Assembly: GCA_963701965.1 (NCBI GenBank)
Contig: OY969695.1
Coordinates: 1,120,001 to 1,184,000, forward strand
DNA: 64,000 nt
Source of the DNA: an uncultured Gemmatimonadales bacterium
GTDB taxonomy: Bacteria; Gemmatimonadota; Gemmatimonadetes; Gemmatimonadales; Gemmatimonadaceae
Reading direction: 5' to 3'
Shown: positions 22,901-33,456 of the stretch, piece after piece
Numbering within the stretch: the stretch's first letter is position 1
Layout: each line of letters opens with the position of its first letter
Notes under the pieces: generated by a model
The model's database searches: none
The model's input: only the letters and a program-made list of their open reading frames with translations
What the model was told of the DNA's origin: nothing
Position numbers and translations under genes: made by a program

Positions 22901-23252
22901 CAACTCGATCCTCGTCGTGAGCTTCGCCAACGACCAGCGCGTCGAGCACAGCCTGGAGGCCGCGCAGGCGGCGATCGAGGCCGGCAAGACGCGCCTGCGC
23001 CCGGTGCTGATGACCGCCGGCGCCATGATCCTGGGCATGCTGCCCATGGCCATCGGGTCCGGTGAAGGCGGCGAACAGAACGCGCCACTTGGCCGCGCGG
23101 TGATCGGCGGCCTGGGAATGGCCACGGTCGTCACCCTGTTGATCGTGCCCGTCCTCTATACCGTCCTCGCGCGGAAACTCCCGGGCGCCTATCGCGTGGA
23201 GCAGCGGTTCCAGGCCGAGTCCCAAGGCCTGGCCTATCATGAACCATTCTGA
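19959..23252 (+). CDS. RND efflux permease (AcrB/AcrD/AcrF family)
   Basis: DIFPLIDIPVV; GLLVDNAIVTIEN; RLRPVLMT; GEQNAPLGRAVIGG. Confidence 0.96.
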   Translation: MVRFALRQPYTVAVACGVLLLMAVLAGQRMAVDIFPLIDIPVVAVVWTYPGMMPRDMESRVVLLSERNLSSTVDGISRIESQSETGVGLVKIFFQPGTNIGNAIAQIVSSSQTAIKAMPPGITPPYVVQSNASNVPVAQLTLTSETMPEQNIADYGQNFIRLRLFTIPGLATPQPYGGKTREITIDVDPAALNSKGLAATDVLAALQQSNIILPAGTARIGTREYDVAMNSSPSSIEAFNQIPIKVVNGAVVSVGDVARVRNGFAEQTNIVRVDGRRAAYLTILKKADASTLAVVEATKQMIPEIRSVAPAGFNLRLDFDQSRFVRAAISGVMHEAITSAVLVALMILAFLGSWRSVLIACISIPLAMATSVIGLNATGNSFNIMTLGGLSLSIGLLVDNAIVTIENVHRNRAMGKPLTVAILDALQQIATPAIVATLAVCVVFFPVVLLEGPARFLFIPIALAVVIAMLASYVLSRTLVPTLSRMMLGAEPVHDPEGVDTGDGVAHPPPLAAEAGPLARFGHAFNNTRDHYFARFQNAYARVLTVLILHRRFTLGVFGAILVASLGLFGVTGQDFFPSTDAGIMKLHYRAPSGTRIEQTEALVSQIERRIRQLVPAAELATINSTIGIPGSLNLAFVPTNNASGMDAEILVALKPGHRPTEGYVRELRTTLNREFPGSTVYFQTADIVGQVLNFGLPAPIDVQIQYPDLDRAYAMARTLRDRMREVPGAADVTIKQVLDYPTLFLEVDRQRAAELGITQRDAASSMLISLASSGLVSPSYFVNPANQVNYLVAVEVPLPKMTSTADVLATPVTAAGRLTQSVPAWAATNPQPRAPVQTLDNIAHMTTTAQPAEIDHYTVARVLDITANVEGRDLGSVVDGVQRTVSALGTLPAGMHVTVRGQGTVMHQAFSSLGLGFVVAVVLVFALMAVLFQSWIDPLIIMGTVPGAVVGILWMLVATGTTINIESLLGAIMAVGIAVANSILVVSFANDQRVEHSLEAAQAAIEAGKTRLRPVLMTAGAMILGMLPMAIGSGEGGEQNAPLGRAVIGGLGMATVVTLLIVPVLYTVLARKLPGAYRVEQRFQAESQGLAYHEPF

Positions 23253-24378
23253 CATGCGATTGTATATTGGCGGCGTGCTCATCGTGGCGCTCACGATCGG
23301 CGCGGTCGTCGTCCTGGGCGCGTCGCGCAAGAGTTCACTCGCGCGCGAGGCCCGGGCGCGGGTCGCCGACGTCACGGCCGGACCCCGGGTGCAGGTGGCG
23401 CGTGTCGAGACCGGTGGGGGCGACCGGACCATCGTGCTCACCGGCGAATCGCGACCCTACTTTTCGGTCACGTTGTACTCGAAGGTGAGTGGCTACTTGA
23501 CCGCGGTGCGGGTCGACAAGGGCGACCCGGTGCGCAAAGGCGACGTGCTGGCGGTCGTCGAATCACCCGAGACGGACGAGGCGTACGCCTCCGCCCTCGC
23601 CGACGCGAAGAACAAACGGGAGATCGCGGATCGAGACGCGCAACTGATCGCGCGCAAGTTGATCGCGCCCGAGGAGGCACAGACCGCCGAGACCGACGCC
23701 GCGCAGGCCGAGGCGCACGCGCGGGCGCTCGCGACGCTGAAAGGGTACGAGGTCTTACGGGCGCCGTTCAATGGCGTGGTGACCGCGCGGTTCGCCGATC
23801 CGGGCGCGCTGATGCAAAACGCGCAGAACGCCCAGACGAGCGCGCTCCCCGTGGTGGCGGTGGGTCAGATCGATTCCCTGCGCGTCTTTGTGTACGTCGA
23901 TCAACGCGACGCGGGCGACGTCAAGCGCGGGTCGCCGGTGACGCTCGACGATCTCACGCACCCGAATGTCCCCATTCAGGGCCGGGTCACGCGGTACACC
24001 GGCGAGCTCGATCCGGCGACGCGGACGCTCCTGGCCGAGGTCGACGTGCCGAATGGCAAACGCGATCTCGTGGCGGGCGGCATCTTGCGGGTGACGATGC
24101 GCGTGCACGCCCCAGCCTACCTCCGGGTACCGGCCGAGGCGGTCTTCGCGCGCGGGAACGCGACGTTCGTGGCCCGCATCACGCCGGGCAACACCATCGC
24201 GTTTCATCTGGTCCACGTCCTCGACAACGACGGCGAGATGGTGCGGCTGGCGCCGCACGATGTCGACCCGGGCGACCGGGTCGCGCTCAACCTTGGCGAT
24301 AGCGTGCCCGATGGCCAGCGCATCCAACCGATCGCGGAGCCCTCGGCGGAGCCTTCGGCGACCAAACCGGCGGCGTAG
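23239..24378 (+). CDS. RND periplasmic adaptor (membrane fusion protein)
   Basis: KVSGYL..VRVDKGDPVRKGDVLA; LRAPFNGVVTAR; LDPATRTL. Confidence 0.94.
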   Translation: MNHSDMRLYIGGVLIVALTIGAVVVLGASRKSSLAREARARVADVTAGPRVQVARVETGGGDRTIVLTGESRPYFSVTLYSKVSGYLTAVRVDKGDPVRKGDVLAVVESPETDEAYASALADAKNKREIADRDAQLIARKLIAPEEAQTAETDAAQAEAHARALATLKGYEVLRAPFNGVVTARFADPGALMQNAQNAQTSALPVVAVGQIDSLRVFVYVDQRDAGDVKRGSPVTLDDLTHPNVPIQGRVTRYTGELDPATRTLLAEVDVPNGKRDLVAGGILRVTMRVHAPAYLRVPAEAVFARGNATFVARITPGNTIAFHLVHVLDNDGEMVRLAPHDVDPGDRVALNLGDSVPDGQRIQPIAEPSAEPSATKPAA

Positions 24379-24385
24379 GTACGTG

Positions 24386-25777
24386 ATGCGATTCCTACGG
24401 GCGCGGGCGGTGTGGGCGGCCGTTTGCCTCGCGCCGGTACCGGCGCCGGCTGGCGCGCAGCCGCCGGCCGTCCAGCTCACGCTCGACAGCGCGGTGACGC
24501 TCGCCGTGCGCGGCGCGACACCCATCCTCCAGGCCCGCGACGTGTCGCGTCTCTCCGGCGCGTTGGTGCTCGAGCGCTATGCGCAGTTTCTGCCGGACCT
24601 CGGGGCGACTGGTGGGTTTGACCAGTACACGGGCAACCTGCTGCTCAGCCAGCGCGACATCAATCCGACGAACACCCGGTTTCGCGAACTGGGCTACCAT
24701 ATCTCGACCAGTCTCAATCTCTTCAACGGGTTCGCCAATGTGGCCGGCGTCAAGGCGGCCCTGGCGACGCGCACGGCGGCGGACCTGTCCCTGGCGCGCG
24801 CCCGACAGACCATCGCGTTGGACGTGACGCAAGCCTACCTGACGGTCATGCTGGACCAGCAGCTCGTCTCCATCGCCACCCAAAATGTCTCGGCGTCGCA
24901 GCTGCGCGTCGACCAGCTTCAAGAGCTCGTGCGCGTCGGCAAGCGCCCGCCGGCGGACCTCTACCGGCAGCAGGCGCAGGCCGCCGCGGATAAGTCAGCG
25001 CTGGCGGATACGCAGAATCGCGTCCAGTCTGACGAGATCAGTCTCCTGCAACGGCTGCGCGTGGATCCCCACCTGCCGGTCCAACTCGCCGCGCCGCCGC
25101 CGGACACCGACCGCCTCGGTGGTCGATACGCGGACGTGGACCAGTTGGTCAGGGACGCCACGGCGCGCCGCGCCGATCTGCAGGCGGCGAACGCCAACGT
25201 CGTGTCCAATCAGCAAGACATCGCGCGGGCGCGCAGTGGCTACCTGCCGCGCGTCAATGTCGGCGCGGGGGTCCTGAGCTCGGGCCGATTCTTCGATTAC
25301 GGCAATGCATCCAACGGGACGTCGATCATCACCGGTCGCCAAACGCCGCTGTGGGATCAAGTCGGGCGCCAGACCACCGGCGAGCTGTGGCTCGGTCTGA
25401 ACTGGTACGTCTTTGACCGCTTCCGGACGCGATTGTCGGTCGAGCAAGCGCACGTGTCGTACGACGCGGCGCGCTATGCCGACGAGGACCTGCGGCTCGG
25501 CGTGGCGGGGGATGTCGCGCGCGCGGTGGGCGACTACCGCACGTCGCTCCAGCAGCTCGCGTCGTCGCGCGCCGGGCTCGACGCGGCGCAGCAGGCGTAC
25601 GATTTGGTGAACGGGCGGTTCGAGGTGGGATTCGCGACGATTGTCGATGTGACCACGGCGCAGTCGGCGCTGGTCCAGGCGCAGTCCCTGCGCGCCCAAG
25701 CCATCGTCAACCTCGCGCTGCGAAAACGCGCGCTCGGTTACGCGCTCGGTCTCGACCCCGCCGCACCGCTGCCGTGA
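24386..25777 (+). CDS. TolC-family outer membrane efflux protein
   Basis: Signal peptide; two OEP repeats (YLPRVNV..., RFEVGFATIVDVTTAQ). Confidence 0.93.
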   Translation: MRFLRARAVWAAVCLAPVPAPAGAQPPAVQLTLDSAVTLAVRGATPILQARDVSRLSGALVLERYAQFLPDLGATGGFDQYTGNLLLSQRDINPTNTRFRELGYHISTSLNLFNGFANVAGVKAALATRTAADLSLARARQTIALDVTQAYLTVMLDQQLVSIATQNVSASQLRVDQLQELVRVGKRPPADLYRQQAQAAADKSALADTQNRVQSDEISLLQRLRVDPHLPVQLAAPPPDTDRLGGRYADVDQLVRDATARRADLQAANANVVSNQQDIARARSGYLPRVNVGAGVLSSGRFFDYGNASNGTSIITGRQTPLWDQVGRQTTGELWLGLNWYVFDRFRTRLSVEQAHVSYDAARYADEDLRLGVAGDVARAVGDYRTSLQQLASSRAGLDAAQQAYDLVNGRFEVGFATIVDVTTAQSALVQAQSLRAQAIVNLALRKRALGYALGLDPAAPLP

Positions 25778-25815
25778 TCGACGTCGGGGCCTCTATCCCG
25801 CGCTAGCCCTCGGCG

Positions 25816-27186
25816 CTAGCGGAGCGCGGCCCGGATCTCGGCGGCCGCGCGGCGGCCGCTGGCGATGGCCCCGTGCACCGTCCCCGAGCGTCCCTCGGCG
25901 TCGGTCGCTTCCCCCGCGAAGAAAAGCGTGTCGCGCACGGGAGCGCGCAGGGTCAGGGGCGCGTCGATGCCGTTCACGAGTCCATAGCTGTAGGCGCCAC
26001 GGGCGTACGGATCGTGCTCCCAGTCGTAATACCAATGCGCCCGCACCAGGGCGTCCAGCCAGGAGCGCGGCGCATCGAGTTGCGCCGCCAGCGCGCCGAG
26101 CGCGCGATCGACGAGGGCCTCTGCGCCCGCCGAAGCGCCTGCCGCGGCGAGGGTCGTGGCGGCTGGTCCGCCGCACCATCCTACGAGCACCGGAGTCCGT
26201 AGGGGATAGGTCGTCCACCAGGTCGGCACCGTGGCATCAGACGTGAAGAGAAACCCCAGCCGGTCGAACCCCATCTCGTCCCAGAACGCCTCGCGAAACT
26301 GGACGACGAGTCGGACGACCGATCCGGTGGCGAGTCCGGCGATCGCCGCCGTCTTGTCGGGGCCGAGCGGCGGCTCGAACGCGATGCCGTCGGCCGCGGC
26401 GAGGACGGCCAGCGGCACGGTCACGATCGCGGCCTCGCCTTCGACCGTCGCGTCACCCGCGACTTGGACGGCGACGGCGCCGCGGCGCCAGCTGATGCGC
26501 TGCACGGGCGACGACAACCGAAGCGCACCGGCGGCGAGTCGACGCGCGAGCCAGTGAGGAACGCGGTCATAGCCGCTCACGATCCGATACGCGTGATCGC
26601 TCTGGTCGCGGGCCGACCCCGCCTGCGCTTGCGCGAGCCATCGCTCGCCGACCCGCGCGGGATCAGCGGCATCGAACCCGCGCACGAACTGGCGCGCCGA
26701 CGCGGCGTCGCGCGGCGCGACGCCTTCCGCGGCTAGAAACGCATCGAACGTCCGATCCGGCGCGCGAGCGGGATCCAGACGATCGAGCACGTGCCCCATG
26801 GCCGCGTTCGCGATGTCCGCCGGTTCTCGCGCTCCGGGATGCACGCGCCACGCCTGCCCGCCGACCGCGGTGAGCAGCAATCCCGCTTGGTCGGCCACGT
26901 CCAGCGTCTCGCGCACGCGCCCGTGCACGAACTCGGCGCCCAACTCGATCGGCGCGGGCAGACCGGGAGGCCGCAGGGTCAGCACCCGGCCGCCAATGCG
27001 GTCGCGCGCTTCGACGACGACGACATCGACGCCCGCCGACACCAACGCATCGGCCGCCGCCAACCCCGCGACGCCGGCGCCAATGACAATGACGCGCGTC
27101 GTCCTAGAGTCCGAGATCGGTGAGGCCGGGATGAGCGTCAGGCCGCCGGCCCAGGGGCCAGTGAAACTTTCGCGCTGACTCGGCAA
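25816..27186 (-). CDS. Flavin monoamine oxidase family FAD-dependent oxidoreductase; start uncertain
   Basis: [46 protein letters not shown]...TVHGAIASG. Confidence 0.92.
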   Translation of the reverse strand: MPSQRESFTGPWAGGLTLIPASPISDSRTTRVIVIGAGVAGLAAADALVSAGVDVVVVEARDRIGGRVLTLRPPGLPAPIELGAEFVHGRVRETLDVADQAGLLLTAVGGQAWRVHPGAREPADIANAAMGHVLDRLDPARAPDRTFDAFLAAEGVAPRDAASARQFVRGFDAADPARVGERWLAQAQAGSARDQSDHAYRIVSGYDRVPHWLARRLAAGALRLSSPVQRISWRRGAVAVQVAGDATVEGEAAIVTVPLAVLAAADGIAFEPPLGPDKTAAIAGLATGSVVRLVVQFREAFWDEMGFDRLGFLFTSDATVPTWWTTYPLRTPVLVGWCGGPAATTLAAAGASAGAEALVDRALGALAAQLDAPRSWLDALVRAHWYYDWEHDPYARGAYSYGLVNGIDAPLTLRAPVRDTLFFAGEATDAEGRSGTVHGAIASGRRAAAEIRAALR

Positions 27187-27565
27187 TGGGCATGTCGTTG
27201 ATCGACGCGAAACGCCGTTGCATCAATCCGCCCCGGTCGAATTCCCAGTTCTCGTTGCCATAGGACCGGAACCACAGGCCGCTGTCATCGTGCCACTCGT
27301 ACGCGAAACGCACCGCGATCCGGTCGTCGGTGAATACCCACAGCTCCTTGATGAGCCGATAGTCGAGCTCCTTCGCCCATTTCCGCGTGAGAAAGGCGAC
27401 GATCTCGGCGCGGCCAACCGGAAACTCGGCGCGGTTCCGCCACCGACTGTCTTCGGTGTAGACCAGCGAGACCCGCTGGGGATCGCGGCTATTCCAGCCA
27501 TCCTCAGCCAGGCGCACTTTCGCGATGGCAGTGTCCCGCGTGAACGGCGGCACGAGAGCGGCCAT
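27104..27565 (-). CDS. DUF1348 / NTF2-like family protein
   Basis: PPFT...[14 protein letters not shown]...WRNRAEF...YRLIKELW...[12 protein letters not shown]. Confidence 0.93.
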   Translation of the reverse strand: MAALVPPFTRDTAIAKVRLAEDGWNSRDPQRVSLVYTEDSRWRNRAEFPVGRAEIVAFLTRKWAKELDYRLIKELWVFTDDRIAVRFAYEWHDDSGLWFRSYGNENWEFDRGGLMQRRFASINDMPIAESARKFHWPLGRRPDAHPGLTDLGL

Positions 27566-27601
27566 ACGGCATCCTCATCAAGATCGCCGGCCTCGGCCGT
27601 G

Positions 27602-27901
27602 CTACGCCGCTTCGCCCTGTTTGGCGACGCGCAGGAGTCCCAAGGCCGCATCGACCATGCGTGTGAGTCCCTCAAGATACTCACTCGCCGGCCCGATCGA
27701 TCGGGCCTGCAGCCCGTCGATATCGGCTCGATACTCGAGCAAAACACGCTGGTGGTCGCGCCGAGTTCCTCGCGCCGCCTGGATTGATACCAAGATCCGC
27801 TCTACGGCCAAGTCCAAGAGGAGCAGCTCGACCGAGTCGGTCGGATGGCGTATCACACTGGGGGAACCGCAGTTACGGGAGCCGAAGTTGGTGTCTCGCA
27901 T
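27602..27901 (-). CDS. Possible small helical hypothetical protein
   Basis: 3' part of ORF 27602-29119, outside phoD: ELLLLDLAVERIL...EYLEGLTRMVDAALGLL. Confidence 0.3.
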   Translation of the reverse strand: MRDTNFGSRNCGSPSVIRHPTDSVELLLLDLAVERILVSIQAARGTRRDHQRVLLEYRADIDGLQARSIGPASEYLEGLTRMVDAALGLLRVAKQGEAA

Positions 27902-27961
27902 GGGCGATCGTAAAGGCAAGCCCCGTTCCACCGCGGAGCGTGCGGCGTCATAATACCGGGC

Positions 27962-30046
27962 ATGACAACCCTGCCCGTTATCGACCGCCGGTCGTTCCTG
28001 CAGATGGCGGCCAGCATTGGCGCCACCGCAATGTGGGGCGATACCTTGGCCGCGCTGTCCCTCACGCCGTGGCGCGAACGCCGCGATCTCTTCCCTGAAG
28101 GCGTGGCGTCCGGGGACCCGGACAGCCACTCCGTGTTGCTGTGGACCCGTCGTCCTCCTGCCGCCGGCGACGCCATCTCCAGCCTGCACGTCGAAATTGC
28201 GCGCGATGAGGCCTTCTCTCGCATCGTGGCGACCAGCACCGTCCCCATCTCCGCGGCGTCCGATTGGACGGCGCGCGTGCTGGTCGGCGGCCTCGCCCCC
28301 GCGACCGTGTATTGGTACCGGTTCAGCGATGCCAGTGGCGCGGGAAGCCGCATCGGACGCACGATGACCGCGCCGGCCGTCGACGACCCGCGGCCGGTCC
28401 GCTTTGTCTTCGTTTCCTGCCAGAACGTCAATCAGGGCGAGCAGCACGCGTACCGCCGCATGATCTACGAGGACGAACGCGCCGCGGAGGCGGATCGCAT
28501 CGGGTTCGTGCTGCACCTCGGCGATTTCATCTATGAGATCGTTTGGTATCCGGAAGACCGCCCGCAAGGGATGTACGATCGCAAGATCCGGGATGTCGTC
28601 CGCTATCCGAACGGCGAGAAGATCACCGACTTCCACGTCCCTACCAACGTCGAGGACTATCGCGCGGTCTACCGCGGATACCTGCATGACCCCGACCTCC
28701 AGGACGCGCGCGCCCGGTGGCCATTCGTCAACATGTGGGACAACCACGAGTTCAGTTGGCTCGGCTGGCAGTCGCTGCAGAAGTTTCAGGGCAAGACGCG
28801 GCCGGCACAGACGCGCAAGGTCGCGGCCAATCAAGCCTTCTTCGAGTATCAGCCCGCGCGGATCACCAAGGCCAGTGGACCGTCGCTGGCGCAGTTCGAT
28901 CCGCCGCACGTCGTCAATGCGCCGATCACCCGTTTCGACGAGCACGGGTTGGGACAGGAACCCAACAACCTGACCGCGATCGGCAGCCTCACCGGGTATC
29001 GCGCGCTGCGCTGGGGCCGCAACATGGAGCTGATCATCACCGATCAGCGCAGCTATCGCTCCGAGGAACCCACGACCCGGCCGGAGGCCGCAGGACTGTC
29101 CAGCGGCGACTTCCCGCAATTCCAGCCGGAAGAAGCGATGCAGATCCTCGACGCGGGCCGCACATACAACAATGGCCAGCCGCCGTCGACCATCCGCTTC
29201 GGGAGCGTGGAGATCCCGAACTTCACCAAGGACGCGCCGCCGCAGACGGTCTTAGGCGCCGAGCAAAAGGCTTGGTTCCTGGAACGCCTGCGGACCTCAG
29301 CCGCCACGTGGAAAATCTGGGGAAACACGACGACGACGCTCGAGGCGCGCGCCGATCTCCAGAACCTGCCACCAGGCATGGGCAAGCCGTGGCCCGTCCC
29401 CGGGTACGCGGCGTCTCCGCTGGCGGACTGGGGGAGCACCTACACCGAGCGGGGCGAGATCTACGACGCCGTACGGGCGCATGGGATCAGCGGCTTCGTG
29501 ACCGTCGCCGGAGACCGGCACAGCTTCTGGGCGGGCCTCGCCGCGAAGGCACTCCCGCCCAAACCCTTCGAACCCGTCGGCATCGCGTTCGCGACGGGCT
29601 CCATCTCGGCGCCGGGGGTCCAAGAAGCCCTCGAGCACGTGCTGCCCAAGGATCATCCCCTGCGGCCGCTGTACGTCGGTCAGGGACCGGCCGACCACAC
29701 GCCGCAACCCACGCTCAACATGCTGCTGCGTCACGGCGTGCGGTCGTGCCTCGAATACGCGCGGAGTGGGGATGTCGCCAAAGCGCGGGCCCTGTCCAAT
29801 CCCGACCTGGCGCCCCACGCCTCGTTCGTCGACATGGGCGGCCATGGGTATTCGGTCGTGCACGTCGCCAGCGACTTCATCGAGACCGAATTCGTGTGCA
29901 TTCCCCGCCCCGTCGAGCGCAACGAGGCGCCGGACGGCGGTCCGCTACTCTATCGCGTGGCCTTTCGCGCCGACCGGTGGGACAAGGGCGCGGTGCCCAC
30001 CCTCGCGATTCGGGTTCTCGACGGGGATCCCAAGTTTAGTGTGTGA
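27962..30046 (+). CDS. phoD: Tat-exported alkaline phosphatase D family metallophosphatase
   Basis: DRRSFL Tat signal; FPEGVASGDP; HLGDFIYE; WDNHE; DQRSYR; GDRH. Confidence 0.92.
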   Translation: MTTLPVIDRRSFLQMAASIGATAMWGDTLAALSLTPWRERRDLFPEGVASGDPDSHSVLLWTRRPPAAGDAISSLHVEIARDEAFSRIVATSTVPISAASDWTARVLVGGLAPATVYWYRFSDASGAGSRIGRTMTAPAVDDPRPVRFVFVSCQNVNQGEQHAYRRMIYEDERAAEADRIGFVLHLGDFIYEIVWYPEDRPQGMYDRKIRDVVRYPNGEKITDFHVPTNVEDYRAVYRGYLHDPDLQDARARWPFVNMWDNHEFSWLGWQSLQKFQGKTRPAQTRKVAANQAFFEYQPARITKASGPSLAQFDPPHVVNAPITRFDEHGLGQEPNNLTAIGSLTGYRALRWGRNMELIITDQRSYRSEEPTTRPEAAGLSSGDFPQFQPEEAMQILDAGRTYNNGQPPSTIRFGSVEIPNFTKDAPPQTVLGAEQKAWFLERLRTSAATWKIWGNTTTTLEARADLQNLPPGMGKPWPVPGYAASPLADWGSTYTERGEIYDAVRAHGISGFVTVAGDRHSFWAGLAAKALPPKPFEPVGIAFATGSISAPGVQEALEHVLPKDHPLRPLYVGQGPADHTPQPTLNMLLRHGVRSCLEYARSGDVAKARALSNPDLAPHASFVDMGGHGYSVVHVASDFIETEFVCIPRPVERNEAPDGGPLLYRVAFRADRWDKGAVPTLAIRVLDGDPKFSV

Positions 30047-30054
30047 TCTTCGGG

Positions 30055-30810
30055 TCAGTCCTCGAGCGTCGGCAACGTCGCGAGCACTTCGCGCGCGGCC
30101 GGCCGGTCGGTCACCAGATCGTCGCGACGGATCCGGCCATCGCGAAAGACGATTACGCGCTTGGCGAACTGCGCGATGTCCGGTTCGTGCGTCACCATCA
30201 CCACCGTCAGTCCGCGATCGTTCAGATCCTGGAAAATCGCCATGATTTCGACGGACGTCCGGCTGTCGAGGTTGCCGGTCGGTTCGTCGGCCACCAGAAT
30301 CGACGGTTCGTTGACCAAAGCACGAGCGATCGCCACGCGCTGCTGCTGCCCGCCGGACATCTGTGACGGAAAGTGTCCGGCGCGGTCGGCCAGGCCGACC
30401 ATCGCCAGGGCTTTCCCGGCCCGCTCCTGTCGCGCGCGCTTGTCGAGGCCTGCGTAGATCGCCGGCAGTTCCGTGTTTTCCAGAGCGGTCGTCCGCGCCA
30501 GCAAGTTGAACCCTTGGAACACGAACCCGAGCGTCCGATTCCGGATGCCGGCGAGCGTCCGTTTGTCCAGCGTCGAGACATCGATCCCCTCGAGGAGGTA
30601 GCGACCGGCGCTCGGTCGGTCGAGACACCCAATGATGTTCATGAGCGTCGATTTGCCGCTGCCGCTCGCCCCCATGATCGCCACGAATCCCCCCGGCTCG
30701 ACCGCGACGGAGACGCCGCGGAGCGCGTGGACCCGCGTTTCGCCAAGATCGTAGTACTTGTGGACGTCGTCGATCTGAATGACCGGACCATCGCCCGCGG
30801 GGTGCGTCAC
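30055..30810 (-). CDS. ABC transporter ATP-binding protein (MacB/LolD type)
   Basis: GASGSGKST; MSGGQQQRVAIARAL; ADEPTGNLD; VTHE. Confidence 0.96.
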   Translation of the reverse strand: MTHPAGDGPVIQIDDVHKYYDLGETRVHALRGVSVAVEPGGFVAIMGASGSGKSTLMNIIGCLDRPSAGRYLLEGIDVSTLDKRTLAGIRNRTLGFVFQGFNLLARTTALENTELPAIYAGLDKRARQERAGKALAMVGLADRAGHFPSQMSGGQQQRVAIARALVNEPSILVADEPTGNLDSRTSVEIMAIFQDLNDRGLTVVMVTHEPDIAQFAKRVIVFRDGRIRRDDLVTDRPAAREVLATLPTLED

Positions 30811-32117
30811 TAGCGCGGTGGGGCCGACGCGCCGCCGGGGAGCGCGGCACCCGTGATAACGTCATCGCCAGGCTCGAGCCGTCCCGTGACGATGGCGAGC
30901 ACCTGGGTCGTGGCGTGGTCCGTGATGCCGAGAGCGATGCGTACGGGCTCAATGGTGTTGTCGGCGTGCCGTTTCCAGACCACGCCATAGTCCGGCGAAG
31001 CGGTGTGCGAGTGACCCCGGCTCGCGGAGTCGGCGGTCGATCGCACCAGGATTGCCCGGGCGTCGTCGGTGAATCCGTACTTGGCGTACAGCGCGCGGAT
31101 GCGATCCGGCGACAGCGGCGGCCGGTACCGGAGCGCGCCGTTCGGTATCGCGACGACATTCTCGACGCTGGCCACGGGAATCGTGACGTACGCGGTCATG
31201 CCCGGAAACAATTTCCGCTCGGGATTGGCGAAATCAATGATCGCATCGTACGTCACGACGTTCTGCACCGTCGTCGCGTTCATGCGGATCTCGCTGACCA
31301 CGCCCTGAAATGTCTCCTTGGGAAACGCATCGACCTTGAACGTCACGACCTGCCGCAGGCGCACGCGTCCCACGTCCGACTCGTCGGTCTTGGCATAGAG
31401 CTGCATCTTGGTCAGATCCTGCGCGATCGTGAAGATCGTCGGTGCCTGGAGAGACGCCGCGACGGTCTGGCCGACGTCCACGTTGCGGGCGACGACGACG
31501 CCATCGATCGGGGAGCGGATCACCGTGTAGTCGAGGTTCGTCTGCGCCACCGCGACAGCCGCCGCTTTCATATTGACCTGGGCGCGCGCTTGGACAACGC
31601 CCGCGTCGGCGCTCGAGAGTGATGCTTTGGCGATATCATAGTTGGCTTTCGATGCGACCAGGGACTCCTTCGTCACGTAGTCTCTCGCGAGGAGCGGGAC
31701 ATTCCGGTCGTAGTCGTCCTTCATCTGGACCACCGTCGCCTGGGCTTTGTCCAGGTTCGCCTCGGCCGCCACCAGGTTCGCCTTCGCCCCGTCGAGATCC
31801 GCCACGGCCTGTTGCACCGCGCCCCGGAACAGCGCCGGGTCGATCAGCGCGATGATTTCGCCCGTGTGCACGGGATCATTGAAGTCGACATTCAGCTTCG
31901 AGATGGTCCCCGAGACCTGCGAGCCGACGAGCACGGTCTTGACGGCATTGATGGTCGCCGTGAGTTCGACCGCGTCGCGGATGGTGCCGCGCGCGACCTT
32001 CGCCGTGAAGTACTGCGCCGACGATCCGCTGCGCGCGCGCACGGCGAGCAGCAGTCCCATCAAGATCACGACCGCGAGGGCCGACAGCCACCGCATTTTT
32101 CCCGGCACCTTATTCAT
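30810..32117 (-). CDS. MacA-like periplasmic adaptor
   Basis: VGSQVSGTI; IRSPIDGVV..RNVDVGQTVAASLQAP; QNVVTY; PGMTA. Confidence 0.93.
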   Translation of the reverse strand: MNKVPGKMRWLSALAVVILMGLLLAVRARSGSSAQYFTAKVARGTIRDAVELTATINAVKTVLVGSQVSGTISKLNVDFNDPVHTGEIIALIDPALFRGAVQQAVADLDGAKANLVAAEANLDKAQATVVQMKDDYDRNVPLLARDYVTKESLVASKANYDIAKASLSSADAGVVQARAQVNMKAAAVAVAQTNLDYTVIRSPIDGVVVARNVDVGQTVAASLQAPTIFTIAQDLTKMQLYAKTDESDVGRVRLRQVVTFKVDAFPKETFQGVVSEIRMNATTVQNVVTYDAIIDFANPERKLFPGMTAYVTIPVASVENVVAIPNGALRYRPPLSPDRIRALYAKYGFTDDARAILVRSTADSASRGHSHTASPDYGVVWKRHADNTIEPVRIALGITDHATTQVLAIVTGRLEPGDDVITGAALPGGASAPPR

Positions 32118-33327
32118 AGCGCAGCGCGTCGATGGGATCGAGGAGCGACGCCTTGCGCGCCGGATAGTAGCCAAAGAACACGCCAATGGCGACCGAGAAC
32201 ACCACGGCGAGGACGACCGCTTGCGGCGCGAAGGCCATCGGCCACCCCATCGCCCGGCCACCCACGGTCGACGCCAGGACGCCCAGCAGGACACCGGCCG
32301 CGCCGCCCACGAGACTCAGCATGACGGACTCGCCAAGAAACTGCAGTTGGATCGCTTCCTCGGTCGCGCCGACCGCGACGCGGACGCCGATCTCGCGCGT
32401 CCGTTCGGTCACCGAGACGAGCATGACGTTCATGATACCGATGCCGCCGACCACGAGCGAAATCGACGCGATCGCGACGAGGAGAACGGTCAAGGTGCGA
32501 CTCGCTTCGAGTTGCGCTTTGATGATGTCTTCCGGATTCCGAATGCTGAAATCATCCGGTTCCTCGGGACGGAGATGGTGACGGTCGCGCAGCAGAGCCG
32601 CGGCCTGCAGTCCGGCAGGCTTGACGGCGTCTTGCGAGATCGCCGAGCATACAATGTCGTCCAGCCAAGAAATGCCTTTGATCTTCTTCTGGACAGTCGT
32701 GTAGGGCAGGATGACCGTGTCGTCCTGATCCTGCCCCGAGAGGGCGAGCCCTTTGGGCTCGAGCGTGGCGACGACCTGGCACGGCAGGCCGGCTATGCGC
32801 ATGACTTTCCCGATCGGATTGTCGGTGCCGAACAGTTGGTCGCGCACGGTTCGGCCGATCACGCAGACATCGGCGGCCCGCTCCACGTCTTCCGCCGAGA
32901 AGATGGCTCCCTGATCGACGAACCAGCGCTTGATCTCGAAGTATTCCGGCGCCACGCCCCGATACGACGTAAACCAGTTCTGGTTGCCGTAGATGATCTG
33001 GCTCGACCCGTCGACGTTGGGGGAGACGCTCTTGACGATCGGAATCTGATTCTTGATCGCCACCGCGTCGGCCAGCGTCAGCGTATTCACGCCATGCGTT
33101 CCCGTCCGCACGCCATTGACCGCGCGGCCGCCTTCCTCGATCCAGACGAAATTATCGCCAAGATTGTTCAGTTGCTGCTCGACGCGCGCCTGGCCCGCCT
33201 TTCCGATCGCGACGACACAAATGACGGCTGCGATGCCGATCGTGATTCCGAGAACGGTCAGGAGGCTGCGCAGTTTGTTTCTGAGCAGGGCCCACACCGC
33301 CGATCCTAACAACGCCCGATAATACAT
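32110..33327 (-). CDS. MacB-type ABC permease
   Basis: RNKLRSLLTVLGITIG; VGGIGIMNVMLVSVTERTREIG; FFGYYPARKAS.LDPIDALRYE. Confidence 0.95.
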   Translation of the reverse strand: MYYRALLGSAVWALLRNKLRSLLTVLGITIGIAAVICVVAIGKAGQARVEQQLNNLGDNFVWIEEGGRAVNGVRTGTHGVNTLTLADAVAIKNQIPIVKSVSPNVDGSSQIIYGNQNWFTSYRGVAPEYFEIKRWFVDQGAIFSAEDVERAADVCVIGRTVRDQLFGTDNPIGKVMRIAGLPCQVVATLEPKGLALSGQDQDDTVILPYTTVQKKIKGISWLDDIVCSAISQDAVKPAGLQAAALLRDRHHLRPEEPDDFSIRNPEDIIKAQLEASRTLTVLLVAIASISLVVGGIGIMNVMLVSVTERTREIGVRVAVGATEEAIQLQFLGESVMLSLVGGAAGVLLGVLASTVGGRAMGWPMAFAPQAVVLAVVFSVAIGVFFGYYPARKASLLDPIDALRYE

Positions 33328-33456
33328 TGATGCAAAGTGTACGATTTGCCCCCTGTCACCAACGTGACACGGGGGCAAGCGAGCCATCGTCCGCGACTGC
33401 AACCATCGCGGACGATCGTCATCTCGTTTGTTGCGCGCGACTTAGCCGGTTGTCGC

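Noticed and set aside
19844..23065. 1073-aa ORF overlapping the RND permease, and many other long Arg/Gly/Pro-rich ORFs
   Set aside because: Off-frame or antisense shadows of real genes, expected in high-GC DNA; no motifs
27902..27961. Pho box upstream of phoD
   Set aside because: Only one GTCAT half-site, no 11-bp direct repeat
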